From the NCBI GenBank assembly GCA_009782215.1, contig WRKO01000005.1, positions 30,083 to 94,082 of the forward strand: a DNA stretch of 64,000 nt, in the 5' to 3' direction. Under the pieces are notes generated by a model. The model saw nothing but the letters and a program-made list of their open reading frames with translations, had not been told where the DNA came from and did not search any database. The translations under genes were made by a program, and so were the position numbers. The DNA is from Oscillospiraceae bacterium. GTDB taxonomy: Bacteria > Bacillota > Clostridia > Oscillospirales > UBA929. Positions within the stretch are counted from its first letter, which is position 1. Each line of letters opens with the position of its first letter. Shown here in pieces: positions 36,126-45,345 of the stretch.

Positions 36126-37814
36126 TTAGTTGAGGCCCGCCAGATACGCGTCATACAGGCTTTGGTATGTTTCGATATACTCGCCGACCCCGACGTTTGC
36201 CGCGTCGTCCACAAACGACTGCCAGCCCGCGTCGGTCACGCCGTTGACGATAAACGCCGCAATCCGCTCCTGCATGAACTTATGGATGTCCTCATACAGG
36301 CGGTGCAGTCTGGTCGCCTCGTCGGCGCTCGGCTTCACCAAACGGGTGAGCGTCAGGTAGGAGTTGTTTTCCACGATGCCGGCCGCTTCGTAAGACTGGG
36401 AGTTCACATAGCGCTCGACGCGGTGGGGGGGCATGTCAAAGATGTCGAAGATATAGTCGCCGGGGGCGAAGAACTGCCCTTGGGTAACCGGCACATATCT
36501 GAACAGCTCGTTGTTTTCCGGCACGTAGGTGACGTGCCATACGCCGTCCCTCAGCTCAAGGGTCGGGTCAATCGGGCCGCCGGGCCGCGAGGGGCCGTTG
36601 GTGGCCGCCAGCATCCGCTCGGTTTCAAATTGCGCGTCCAGCCAGCGGAGCGTCTGGGGAATATACTTGTTGGCGCTGGTCAGCACGGCGCCGTACGCGG
36701 GCAGGTCGGTGCTGTAGTCCCTCGGAACCGTCGCGCCGCGGGCCGCGGCCGGGGGCAGGATGGGCTGCCAGTGCTGCGTGGTGTCCGGGTCGCTCCAAGC
36801 GGTGTTGATCAGGCGCAGGTAGGTTTGGAAGCCCACCTCGTCGTTGTTGATTTTCATGTTCATGCCGCCGTCGTCCTGCGTCAGCGCTTCCTTGTCAAGC
36901 AGGTCTTCGTCATAGCACATCGCCAGCCACTCCAGCGCTTCGCGGAAGCCGTCCATAAACCCGGGGAAGACGACCGTGCCGCCGTCGTCGATGCAGGCAT
37001 AGACAAAATACTGCAACGGTACGCCGAACATGGAGAAGTAGGTGTAGATGCCGTTTGTCTGATGGTTGATGTCGCCGCCGCCGCTCATCGGGTAGATGTT
37101 GTCCCCGGTGCCGGGCCGCTGGTCGCGGAACGCCCTGAGGACGTCGGTCAGCTCGTCAATCGTCGTGGGGACTTGCTTGCCCACGGCGTCAAGCCACGTC
37201 GTGTTGATGAACCAGTGGGCGTTGTTGACGACGCCCTGCGCCGACATATAGCCGATGTAATACATCCTGCCGTCGCTGGCGCGCATAATCTCGCCCGACC
37301 TGTTCATGTCCAGACGCGGGGCATAGTTGGGCATGTTGGCTTGGATGTAGCCGTCCAGCGGGATGATGATGCCCTGCGTCACGCCGTATTCCTCAATGTT
37401 GAAGCTCTCGTTCGGGCGGATGATGAGGTCGGGGTACTGCCCGGAAATGAACATCAGGTTTAGCTGAGTGTTCCAGTCGGCTTCCTTGACGACGGTGAAG
37501 TCGACCTTAACGCCGGTCTCTTTCTCCAGCTCCTCATAGAACCAGAGGGTTTGGAATTCGGTCGTCTGGTTGTCCAGCGCCCATTGGTACGCCGTGAGCG
37601 TGATGGGCTCCAGCGTAACCACGCCGTCGGGCAGGCCGCCGGTGTAGTCGTGGCCGGGGTCAATGAGGCCGCCGGGGTCGCCGGGGTCGCTTGGCGCCGC
37701 CGAAGGGCTGCCGGGGGTGGGGGAGCTGACCGCAGGGTCTTCTGTTCCGGCGCAAGCAGCTAGGGACAGTGCCAGAACGGCCGCCAATACAACGGCAAGG
37801 ACTTTGCGTTTCAT
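36126..37814 (-). CDS. LplA-like large ABC solute-binding lipoprotein
   Basis: Lipobox LSLAAC and a Pro/Ser linker. About 560 aa, as in the LplA/YtcQ class of oligosaccharide SBPs. It is adjacent to an LplB/LplC-like permease pair. Confidence 0.8.
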   Translation of the reverse strand: MKRKVLAVVLAAVLALSLAACAGTEDPAVSSPTPGSPSAAPSDPGDPGGLIDPGHDYTGGLPDGVVTLEPITLTAYQWALDNQTTEFQTLWFYEELEKETGVKVDFTVVKEADWNTQLNLMFISGQYPDLIIRPNESFNIEEYGVTQGIIIPLDGYIQANMPNYAPRLDMNRSGEIMRASDGRMYYIGYMSAQGVVNNAHWFINTTWLDAVGKQVPTTIDELTDVLRAFRDQRPGTGDNIYPMSGGGDINHQTNGIYTYFSMFGVPLQYFVYACIDDGGTVVFPGFMDGFREALEWLAMCYDEDLLDKEALTQDDGGMNMKINNDEVGFQTYLRLINTAWSDPDTTQHWQPILPPAAARGATVPRDYSTDLPAYGAVLTSANKYIPQTLRWLDAQFETERMLAATNGPSRPGGPIDPTLELRDGVWHVTYVPENNELFRYVPVTQGQFFAPGDYIFDIFDMPPHRVERYVNSQSYEAAGIVENNSYLTLTRLVKPSADEATRLHRLYEDIHKFMQERIAAFIVNGVTDAGWQSFVDDAANVGVGEYIETYQSLYDAYLAGLN

Positions 37815-37878
37815 TCTTTTTCCTCCTGTTTTGTCATTTTATTTCCACGCGTTCCGCGATGAAAATACGCTCTGAATT

Positions 37879-38811
37879 TTATCCCTTCAAGGAACCGATG
37901 GTGACGCCCTTGACAAAGAATTTCTGCATCTGCACATACAGCACGATGACCGGCGCGGTGGAGATGACGATGCTGCTGTATTTCACAACCTCCGCCTTGC
38001 GGATGGCGTCCGATATCTGCTGCCCGTCCCCGAAAAAGCCCATCAGGGAATCCAAGGCGGTGCCGGCGCTCATGGTCACAATGAGCTGGCGCAGCACCAT
38101 TTGCAGGGTAAACTTCGATTCATCCCTAAGGTAGACCAGCCCGGTGAAGAAGTCGTTCCAGCGCGCCACGCCGTAATAGACACACAGGACGGCGATGATG
38201 GTGCCGGAAAGGGGCAGGATGACGCGGAAAAAATAGGTGAAATGCCCCGCGCCGTCCACCACCGCGGCCTCATACAGCTCGTTGGGAATCGAGGTGGAGA
38301 TATAGGTGCGCGCAATCATCAGGTTCCACACGGAAAGGCTGTTGATGATAATCATCAGCGTGACCGTGTTGTAAAGCCCCAGCCGCTGGTTCATCAGAAA
38401 CTGCGGAATCAGCCCGCCGGTGAAAAACATGGTGAAGATGAAATACAGGCTGAACAGCCTCCGGCCCGCGAACTTCCGCGAGAGCGAATAGGACGCCATC
38501 ATCGTGACGATGACGCTGAGGGCCGTGCCGGCCGCCGTGTAGATGATGGAGTTGAGGTAGGAGCGCAGCAGCATCTGGTGCTGAAACAGCGCCTCATAGC
38601 CAATCAGCGAGAAGTCCACCGGCCACAGCCACACCCGCCCGGCAAAGATTGCGTCGGCGCTGGAAACCGACGCGACGATAACCAGCCACAGGGGATACAG
38701 AATCAACGCCAGCACGGCAAACCAAAAAGCGGTGTTGACGGCGTCGAAAACCCGGTCTTTATACGTTCGTCCGATGATATTCTTTTTCTTGGGCAGGATT
38801 TTCTGCGCCAT
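37879..38811 (-). CDS. Carbohydrate ABC transporter permease (LplC-like)
   Basis: Six TM segments. EAA loop ARTYISTSIPNELYEAAVVDGAGHFTYFFRVILP. Confidence 0.85.
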   Translation of the reverse strand: MAQKILPKKKNIIGRTYKDRVFDAVNTAFWFAVLALILYPLWLVIVASVSSADAIFAGRVWLWPVDFSLIGYEALFQHQMLLRSYLNSIIYTAAGTALSVIVTMMASYSLSRKFAGRRLFSLYFIFTMFFTGGLIPQFLMNQRLGLYNTVTLMIIINSLSVWNLMIARTYISTSIPNELYEAAVVDGAGHFTYFFRVILPLSGTIIAVLCVYYGVARWNDFFTGLVYLRDESKFTLQMVLRQLIVTMSAGTALDSLMGFFGDGQQISDAIRKAEVVKYSSIVISTAPVIVLYVQMQKFFVKGVTIGSLKG

Positions 38812-38833
38812 GCCGCTCCCCCTCTCCCGAAAC

Positions 38834-39808
38834 TCAGAACAGGCTCGTGTTGTTTAAGCGCCTCGCAATCCAGTTGACCGAGATAATCAAGATGAAGTTG
38901 ATGACGTTGACCAGCAGGTTGATGGCGGCGACATACGAAAACTGGCCGCTTCCAAGACCCATCATGTATACATACACGCCGATGATGTCCGATTTGGGGA
39001 TATTGCCCGCCGTCCGCATCAACAGGGCCTTGTCGGTGTTGGAGACCATCATCGCGCCGCTGTTCAGGATGAGCAGCATGACGATGATGGGGACGAGGTG
39101 CGGGATGTCTATGTAGCGGATTTTCTGCGTCTTGGTGGCGCCGTCCATCGTCGCCGCCTCATACAGGCCCGGGTCGATGGCGGTCAGCGCCGCGATGTAG
39201 AGTATGGTGTTCCATCCGGCGCTCTGCCAGATGCCGGAGCCGATGAACAGCGTGCGGAACCACGTAACGTCCATCATGTAGTCGTGCGCCTGCCCGCCGA
39301 AAACCTTGACGAGGTTGTTCACCAGCCCGCTGCTGGGACTCAGAAGCAGAAACAGCATCCCCACCAGCACGACGGGGGAGAGAAAATGCGGCGCGTAAAT
39401 CGCCGTCTGCGTAAACCGCTTGAAGCGGTTCCGGTTGATTTGGTTGAGCAGTATGGCCATGACAATCGGGAAGGGGAAGGACCAGAGCAGCCCGTAGACA
39501 TTGAGCAAAAGAGTGTTCAGCAGCAGGCGGGTGGAGTAAAACGACTCGAAGAAGTCGGTGAAGTTTTTCAGCCCGACCCATTGGCTGCCCGTGATGCCGA
39601 ACGCCGCCTTAAAGTCGCGGAACGCGATTTGGATGCCGTACATCGGCAGATAGGAGAAGATAAACACCAGCGCGAACGCCGGGAACAGCAGCACATAGAG
39701 CTGCCAGTCGCGCCGTACGGCCTTTCCCGCGCGCCGGCACAGAGACACAAGGGCGGCGGCGGCCGCTCTTGCGTTCACCCTCCTGATTTGCCCGCACACC
39801 GGCTGCAT
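38834..39808 (-). CDS. Sugar ABC transporter permease (LplB-like)
   Basis: DWQLYVLLFPAFALVFIFSYLPMYGIQIAFRDF is the characteristic LplB/YteP N-terminus. EAA loop IAALTAIDPGLYEAATMDGATKTQKIRYIDIP. Confidence 0.85.
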   Translation of the reverse strand: MQPVCGQIRRVNARAAAAALVSLCRRAGKAVRRDWQLYVLLFPAFALVFIFSYLPMYGIQIAFRDFKAAFGITGSQWVGLKNFTDFFESFYSTRLLLNTLLLNVYGLLWSFPFPIVMAILLNQINRNRFKRFTQTAIYAPHFLSPVVLVGMLFLLLSPSSGLVNNLVKVFGGQAHDYMMDVTWFRTLFIGSGIWQSAGWNTILYIAALTAIDPGLYEAATMDGATKTQKIRYIDIPHLVPIIVMLLILNSGAMMVSNTDKALLMRTAGNIPKSDIIGVYVYMMGLGSGQFSYVAAINLLVNVINFILIISVNWIARRLNNTSLF

Positions 39809-39891
39809 ACGCCCCCACTCCCCCGCTATAGACCGATAGATGATACAAACAAGATAAAATATCCAGCCAATAAAGTCAATATGTTTTGCAT

Positions 39892-39921
39892 ATTATACAA
39901 AAGGAAATGCCAATATTGCAA
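39892..39921 (-). promoter_or_regulatory. Putative sigma-A promoter of the lplBCA-like operon
   Basis: Minus strand TTGCAA (39921..39916), 18 nt spacer, TATAAT (39897..39892), in a markedly AT-rich gap. Confidence 0.5.
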
Positions 39922-39998
39922 AAATCGTACAATATTTACCGCCGCGTTTCGCGCCGGAACGGGGCTCGCGGCGCGGGCCCCCGCGTTCCGTCTTGTCG

Positions 39999-41336
39999 TC
40001 ACGCAAGCGTCTCCCTGACCGAAAAGCTGCTTTTGATCAGCTCACGCGCCGTTTTGAGGTCGGGCAGCTCCCCGCTCCGCAGCATTTGCGAAAGGATGTT
40101 GCCCAGCGCCGTACCCTCCGCCGGGCCGGCATAGACCGGCAGGCCGGACGCTTGGGCGGTCAGCTCGTTGAGAAAGCCGTCCTGCGAGCCGCCGCCGATG
40201 ATGTGGATGGCGGTGTATCTCTTCCCGGTGAGCGTTTCCAGCTCCCGCACGCTCCTCGCGTATTCCCGCGCCAAGCCGGTGTAGACGCACCGCGAAACGT
40301 CGCCCGCCGTGACCGGCGGCGGGTATCCCGCCTCGGCGCATTTTTGGCGGATGGCGGCAATCATGCTCTCCGGCGCGAAAAACGCCGCGTCGTTGACGTC
40401 CACAAGGCCGTCGTAGGCCGACGCGCGCGCCAGCCCGCTCAGCTCGGCATAGGAGGGCTTCCCCGGCAGCTCGCCCCGCACCGACTGAATCATCCACAGC
40501 CCCATGATGTTTTTCAGAAAGCGAATCGTCCCGCCAAAGCCGCCCTCGTTGGAAAAGCCCGCGTCCCGCGCCGCTTGGGTGAGAATCGGCGCGCCGCTGA
40601 CGACGCCCAGCAGGCTCCACGTCCCGCTGGAAATGCAGACCGAATCGCCGTCCCCGGCGGGCACGGCCAAAAACGCGCTTGCCGTGTCGTGCGACGGCGG
40701 CAGCCCGTGCTTCACCGGCGGAAAGACGCGGCGGGGGAAGCCGAGCCTGTCGATGATCTCCCAGTCCCAGTCCCTCGCCGCCGCGTTGATCAGCCCCGTT
40801 GTGGACGCGATGGTATATTCGGCGCGTTTCTCGCCGCTCAGCTTATAGTGGAAGTAATCCGGCGTCAGCAGCAGGCAGTCCGCCCCGTCAAGCAGCTCCG
40901 GGCTTCGGAGCTTCAGAGCCATGAGCTGGTACACGGTGTTGAACGGCTGCTTTTGGATGCCGGTGCGGGCGTAATGCTCGGCATACGGAAGGATTTTCTC
41001 AACCTCCGCGTCCATCCCCGCCGTACGGCTGTCCCGATAGGCCACCGCGCCGCCGAGAGGCTTCCCGTCCGCGCCGAGAAGCACAAAGTCAACGCCCCAC
41101 GTGTCAATGGCAAGGCTTTTCGGCGTCATCCCCAGCGCCGCGCATGTCTCAATCCCCTTTTCGATTTCGGAAAACAGCGCGTCCGTATCCCAGAGCAGTG
41201 TGCCGCCGCAATCGGTGACGCCGTTGGGGAAACGGTGAATCTCCTCCAAAACAAGCCGGCCGCCGTCCAGCCGCCCCGCGATATGCCGCCCGCTGGACGC
41301 GCCTATGTCTATCGCCAGATATACCATGCGATACAC
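39999..41336 (-). CDS. Rhamnulokinase-like FGGY-family sugar kinase (short form)
   Basis: LAIDIGASSGRHIAG, SLAIDTWGVDFVLLG, AYRDSRT, GIQKQPFNTVYQL, SHDTASAF, SSGTWSLLGV, NEGGFGGTIRFLKNIMGLW and IIGGGSQ match my recollection of E. coli RhaB block by block. It is 445 aa versus about 489. Confidence 0.75.
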   Translation of the reverse strand: MYRMVYLAIDIGASSGRHIAGRLDGGRLVLEEIHRFPNGVTDCGGTLLWDTDALFSEIEKGIETCAALGMTPKSLAIDTWGVDFVLLGADGKPLGGAVAYRDSRTAGMDAEVEKILPYAEHYARTGIQKQPFNTVYQLMALKLRSPELLDGADCLLLTPDYFHYKLSGEKRAEYTIASTTGLINAAARDWDWEIIDRLGFPRRVFPPVKHGLPPSHDTASAFLAVPAGDGDSVCISSGTWSLLGVVSGAPILTQAARDAGFSNEGGFGGTIRFLKNIMGLWMIQSVRGELPGKPSYAELSGLARASAYDGLVDVNDAAFFAPESMIAAIRQKCAEAGYPPPVTAGDVSRCVYTGLAREYARSVRELETLTGKRYTAIHIIGGGSQDGFLNELTAQASGLPVYAGPAEGTALGNILSQMLRSGELPDLKTARELIKSSFSVRETLA

Positions 41337-41360
41337 CCCCTTTTTTCAGGGGATATTATA

Positions 41361-44300
41361 TCACACCGAATCCTCTCCGGCAAGACGGACAGCCTCGGTC
41401 AGGTATACGGTGATGAAGTTCGCGAAGAGCGCGGAGACTTCGGCGCGGGACGCGGCGTCCTTCGGCCCGTACAGGTTGCCCGGCTTCCCGCTGACGATGC
41501 CCGCCTCGGAAACCAGCCGCACCGCGTCGGCCGCCCACGGGGCAATCTCCGCCCCGTCCTCAAACGGCGCCCGCTCCTCCCCGGGCAGGACAAAGCCCTT
41601 GAAGCCGATATAATTCGCCAGCATGACCGCCATCTGTTCGCGGTTGATGACGTCTTCCGGCCCGAACAGCCCGTTGCCGTATCCGCTGACGACCCCGTTC
41701 TCCGCCGCCCACGTCACCGCCGTATAATACCAAGCCCCCTCCAAAACATCCTCAAAGCCCCCGTCCTCAACGGTCAACTCTCCTCTCTCAACGGTCAGAG
41801 GTTCCGGCTTGTTTTCCAGATTCCACAGCGCCGTCACAAACATCGCGCGCGTCATGGGGCCGCCGGGGTCGAACTGGCTGCCACCCCCGCCGTTGAAGAC
41901 GCCCCGCGCCGACACAAACGCGATGTGCCGCTCCGCCCAATGCCCGCTTGTGTCGTCAAACGCCCTCGCGTTGTTGATAACGGCAAACTCGCCCGTTTTG
42001 TCCGTCAGGAAGACCATCTCGCCGTCTATGTACAGGCTGTACGGAATGACGACATACCCGTCCCCGTCTATCAGCGCAGCCACCCAGTTCGCCGCGTCCT
42101 CGCCCTCGGGAAGCTCAAACGGCAGCCGCTCCAGCCGCAGCTCCCCGCCGCTCTTCTCTTCGTCCTCATCCTCGTCCTCGTCGTCGTCCTTCCGAGGGAT
42201 GTAGATATAATCGTCGTCGTCCGGCCGGGTAATCTCAAAGTCTAGGTCGTACGGAAATGCATTTCCTTCGAACCAGACCAGCAGCGTATATTTACCGTTG
42301 GGCAGTTCCCTCAGAAACTCCTTATACAGCGTGAGGATAACGCTCCCCTCGTCCGCGTCGCCCACGTCGCCGCTGTACCCCGGATAGCCGGACATCAGGA
42401 TTTGCTCGCCCACGCCGCTTGGGTCGAGGGCCAGCTCATTGTCATTGATCGAAACCTCCAGCAAATCGGCGATTTCCTCATTAAACACAATCACCGCGTC
42501 GGTCAGCTTGTCGTCCACCGTAATCACCGTCGTGACGCCCGGCACCAGCACCCGCGCCCACTGCGCGTACAGCGTCATGTCCTCCGTCACCCGGCCGCCA
42601 AGCTCGTGCTTCGCGCCGCTCCCGTCCGCGCTCGTGTTCCAGCCCTTAAACAGATACCCCTCGCGCTCAAACACGTCCTCCTCAACGGTCAGGCTAGACC
42701 AGCCGCCCGTGACGCCAACCGCCGCCCCCGCGCCGCCGTTGGGCTGATACGTCACCGTCAGCGGATACAACACTTGCCCGTCCTGCGCGCCGTTCAACGT
42801 GTTTTGACGCACATAGAACCACACTTCCTCCGGGGGATCCGACCATCCAGAAGTGCGGTTAAAAGCCGAAACAATCGGTTCGCCGTCGCTGTCTTCGCTG
42901 TAATAAACCGCGAAGGAGTAGTCATCATCCCCATAGCCGGACCAATATATCGCGACATCATCTAATTCTTCATCGTCGATAAAGAATGTGTATCGCTGGG
43001 GGTTGTTGCCTGCGCCGTATAGATTCTTCGTCGCGAGAGGAAGCGTTGCGCCGTCTATCACAATGCTCAGGCCGTCTTCTTCATACCAATCGTAATCATT
43101 GTTGCGCGTCCACATCTCAACCGTGACTTCCCGCGCATCTGCGGAATACACGCGGATAGGAACCGTGTTGGAGTTCACAATGTTTTCGCCGACCTTCACC
43201 GAATAGCGCAGAAGCCTGCCGTGGTGCGCGGCTCTGTCCCACTCCGAGGGGATTTCAAACTCCGTCCACGTCACGCCCCCGTCTTCGCTGATTTCCCACC
43301 GCTCGTAGTCGTTCTCCCCGCTTGTGTCTACAGGCTCGTCGTCCACGTCTTTGACCTCGGGAGGCACCGGCACAAACATTTCATTCCCGTCTTCCACCAC
43401 CGGGGATGTGATATTGCCGACAGAGAACGGCAGGATGGTGAAGTCATACGCAAACGGCCCGCCCGTGAACACCATGTTCTCCGCTATCGTCACCGTGGCG
43501 GTATGCTCCCCGACGTCGAGTTCTTCCCCGGCGGGTGGCACGACCGCCCACAAGGCGCCGCTTTCTTGCGCATTGTAGACGTTGAATCTGTTGTTTTGGA
43601 GACTCACCAGTGAAGACGGTACGGCTCCAAGAATATAGGGCGGGCTGCCGTTCAGCTCAAAATGCGTTTGCAAAAGCGGGATCTTCTCCTCGCCCACGGT
43701 TACCTCCTCGCCCATTATTTCTTCATTGATGACGCCGCTCGCTCCGTATCCGATCGTACCGTCGGCGTTCCAGCGCACCGTTGTTTCCGCCGGCAAAGCG
43801 CGCAGATGCTCGTCGGAGCCGATGACATAATAGTTGTAAGGCGCGGTGTAATACCGGACGTTGCTGTTCCAAGCTGCACGAGCCCACACGACGACCGAGC
43901 CGGGCGCGGTGATGTTGATTGTCGTTTCACTGGGCGCGGAAATCGCACAGTCACCGCCTGTTCCTGTATTATGTGGGGTTACAATCGCGTTGCCCCATGA
44001 AAACACAAGGCCGCCAGTAATGTTGATTTCCGTCCCGGTGTTGTTTGTGCTGATGGCGGTTGTCGTTCCCGAAGTGACCAAACCGCCGCTGACTGTCAAA
44101 GCGCCGCCCGATGCCGCCATAGTGCCTAACATTGGCGACATTCTGACAGCATTGCTGTTAGAAGTGTTAGCCGCCCCTACCTGCCGCACAGCGCCGTCCG
44201 AGATGTTTACAGTGCCGCCTCTGCTCAGTATGGCGATGCTTTGAAACCCATGATTCGCTTCAACAAGCCCGCCTTTGACATCAACGGTATAGTTTCTCTC

Positions 44301-45140
44301 AGCCTCAATGGCGAACGCTTCTCCAAAGGCAATGACCGTACCGTTTTCAGCAACTGTTACCTTCAGCCCCGAACCTGTTCCCATTGCGAAGATAGCGCGA
44401 CCCGTTCCGTTGGTGTCGTATGGATATGTATCCCCATTCACCATCACGGTTCCGTTCCCGCTGACTCTCACGCTGCCCATAGTATATATGGCGACAGGGA
44501 AAAAATTTGCGTTTTCCGTTGTAGAATTCGCTTCCACGATGCCGCCGGTGACGATGACATTTTCTTTGTCATTGTCTGCGTCGATGGTGGGATAGTAGTA
44601 CTGGTCGCCCGCGCCGGTCACAAGGCCGCCGCTGACCGTGATAACAGAATCGGTTCCCCCAATATGAATGGTTTTAGCCGTAGCGTCATCGCTTCTTGCT
44701 ATTCCGCCTGTGACATTGATTGCTATGTCGTCGGCTAACGAATAAATAGCGGTGGCATTCTCCCCGCTGAAGTATATATCCGCGCCCTCCGCCACTTCAA
44801 AGGTGCCGGAGCCGACCAAGCTTATTAACGGAGAATTCACAATCGGGTTTTGCGGCGCCCCCTCGTACTCCGCCTTCCACACGACCGTTACCCCGCCGTC
44901 GATGTCCAGCACAAGCGTGGTGTTCGCGCCCGTGACCGCGCCGGTTACGGTGACGGTGTTGCCCACCGCCTCCGCGAAGAGGTCTCCGTCGCCGCCGTGA
45001 TTGAAGTTGTTGATATGCTCTGCCAGCCCTTCCGCGTCAGCGGCGATAGCAGGGGGAGGGGCAGGCAGCAGGGTTATCAGCAGGGCCAGCGCTAGGAGCG
45101 CGGCTAGGGGGCGTCTGGGGGCGGGATGGTTGAGTTTCAT
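41361..45140 (-). CDS. 1259-aa cell-surface protein: signal peptide, beta-helix-like repeat region, Listeria-Bacteroides-type repeat, acidic linker, three C-terminal SLH domains
   Basis: ATG 45140 is preceded by GGAGGA. Signal peptide ...LLITLLPAPPPAIAADA. Recurrent V(T/S)GG(L/I)V... units. YQPNGG...GYLFKGWNTSADGSG...TLYAQW repeat. DDDEDEDEDEE linker. The three SLH modules (FDDTSGHWAERHIAF..., FEDVLEGAWYYTAVTWA..., FEDGAEIAPWAADAV...) are encoded at about 41364-41963. Confidence 0.8.
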   Translation of the reverse strand: MKLNHPAPRRPLAALLALALLITLLPAPPPAIAADAEGLAEHINNFNHGGDGDLFAEAVGNTVTVTGAVTGANTTLVLDIDGGVTVVWKAEYEGAPQNPIVNSPLISLVGSGTFEVAEGADIYFSGENATAIYSLADDIAINVTGGIARSDDATAKTIHIGGTDSVITVSGGLVTGAGDQYYYPTIDADNDKENVIVTGGIVEANSTTENANFFPVAIYTMGSVRVSGNGTVMVNGDTYPYDTNGTGRAIFAMGTGSGLKVTVAENGTVIAFGEAFAIEAERNYTVDVKGGLVEANHGFQSIAILSRGGTVNISDGAVRQVGAANTSNSNAVRMSPMLGTMAASGGALTVSGGLVTSGTTTAISTNNTGTEINITGGLVFSWGNAIVTPHNTGTGGDCAISAPSETTINITAPGSVVVWARAAWNSNVRYYTAPYNYYVIGSDEHLRALPAETTVRWNADGTIGYGASGVINEEIMGEEVTVGEEKIPLLQTHFELNGSPPYILGAVPSSLVSLQNNRFNVYNAQESGALWAVVPPAGEELDVGEHTATVTIAENMVFTGGPFAYDFTILPFSVGNITSPVVEDGNEMFVPVPPEVKDVDDEPVDTSGENDYERWEISEDGGVTWTEFEIPSEWDRAAHHGRLLRYSVKVGENIVNSNTVPIRVYSADAREVTVEMWTRNNDYDWYEEDGLSIVIDGATLPLATKNLYGAGNNPQRYTFFIDDEELDDVAIYWSGYGDDDYSFAVYYSEDSDGEPIVSAFNRTSGWSDPPEEVWFYVRQNTLNGAQDGQVLYPLTVTYQPNGGAGAAVGVTGGWSSLTVEEDVFEREGYLFKGWNTSADGSGAKHELGGRVTEDMTLYAQWARVLVPGVTTVITVDDKLTDAVIVFNEEIADLLEVSINDNELALDPSGVGEQILMSGYPGYSGDVGDADEGSVILTLYKEFLRELPNGKYTLLVWFEGNAFPYDLDFEITRPDDDDYIYIPRKDDDEDEDEDEEKSGGELRLERLPFELPEGEDAANWVAALIDGDGYVVIPYSLYIDGEMVFLTDKTGEFAVINNARAFDDTSGHWAERHIAFVSARGVFNGGGGSQFDPGGPMTRAMFVTALWNLENKPEPLTVERGELTVEDGGFEDVLEGAWYYTAVTWAAENGVVSGYGNGLFGPEDVINREQMAVMLANYIGFKGFVLPGEERAPFEDGAEIAPWAADAVRLVSEAGIVSGKPGNLYGPKDAASRAEVSALFANFITVYLTEAVRLAGEDSV

Positions 45141-45149
45141 GGGTTCGTC

Positions 45150-45285
45150 CTCCTGTTCTGTAGTGGCATACGTCGCCTTAATTCTACAGTCTACAGAAAA
45201 CCCCCGGCCAAAAAAAGGGCCCGTGGGGGGTATGTTGAAAAATATTTTTTGCGGCACGCGGCGAAAACCGGGCCTTTCGGCCCGG
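45150..45285 (-). promoter_or_regulatory. Structured 5' leader of the SLH gene (two terminator-like hairpins plus CTGTAGA repeats)
   Basis: Minus strand: CCGGGCC-GAAA-GGCCCGG followed by TTTT (plus 45264-45285). A second interrupted GC hairpin with a 7-8 nt A/T loop is followed by TTTT (plus 45197-45230). A tandem CTGTAGA x2 (plus 45183-45196) has an inverted copy at plus 45156-45163, just before the RBS. Confidence 0.3.
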
Positions 45286-45316
45286 CTCCCAATATGTACA
45301 CGCTTCCTACAATACC

Positions 45317-45345
45317 ATTTTACAGCTTTGTTACTATGATGTCAA
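45317..45345 (-). promoter_or_regulatory. Near-consensus sigma-A promoter upstream of the SLH gene
   Basis: Minus strand TTGACA (45345..45340), 17 nt spacer, TAAAAT (45322..45317). This implies a leader of about 170 nt. Confidence 0.45.

Noticed and set aside
42150-42215. Short-period GTC/CTC repeat DNA that could be taken for a tandem-repeat element
   Set aside because: It simply encodes the poly-Asp/Glu linker (DDDEDEDEDEE) of the SLH protein and lies in frame within a continuous ORF.
39993-42245. 750-aa plus-strand ORF opposite the kinase and SLH genes; likewise 46204-47931 (opposite leuS) and 60305-62824 (opposite topA)
   Set aside because: These are antisense to unambiguous conserved genes. 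This is a high-GC open-frame artefact.
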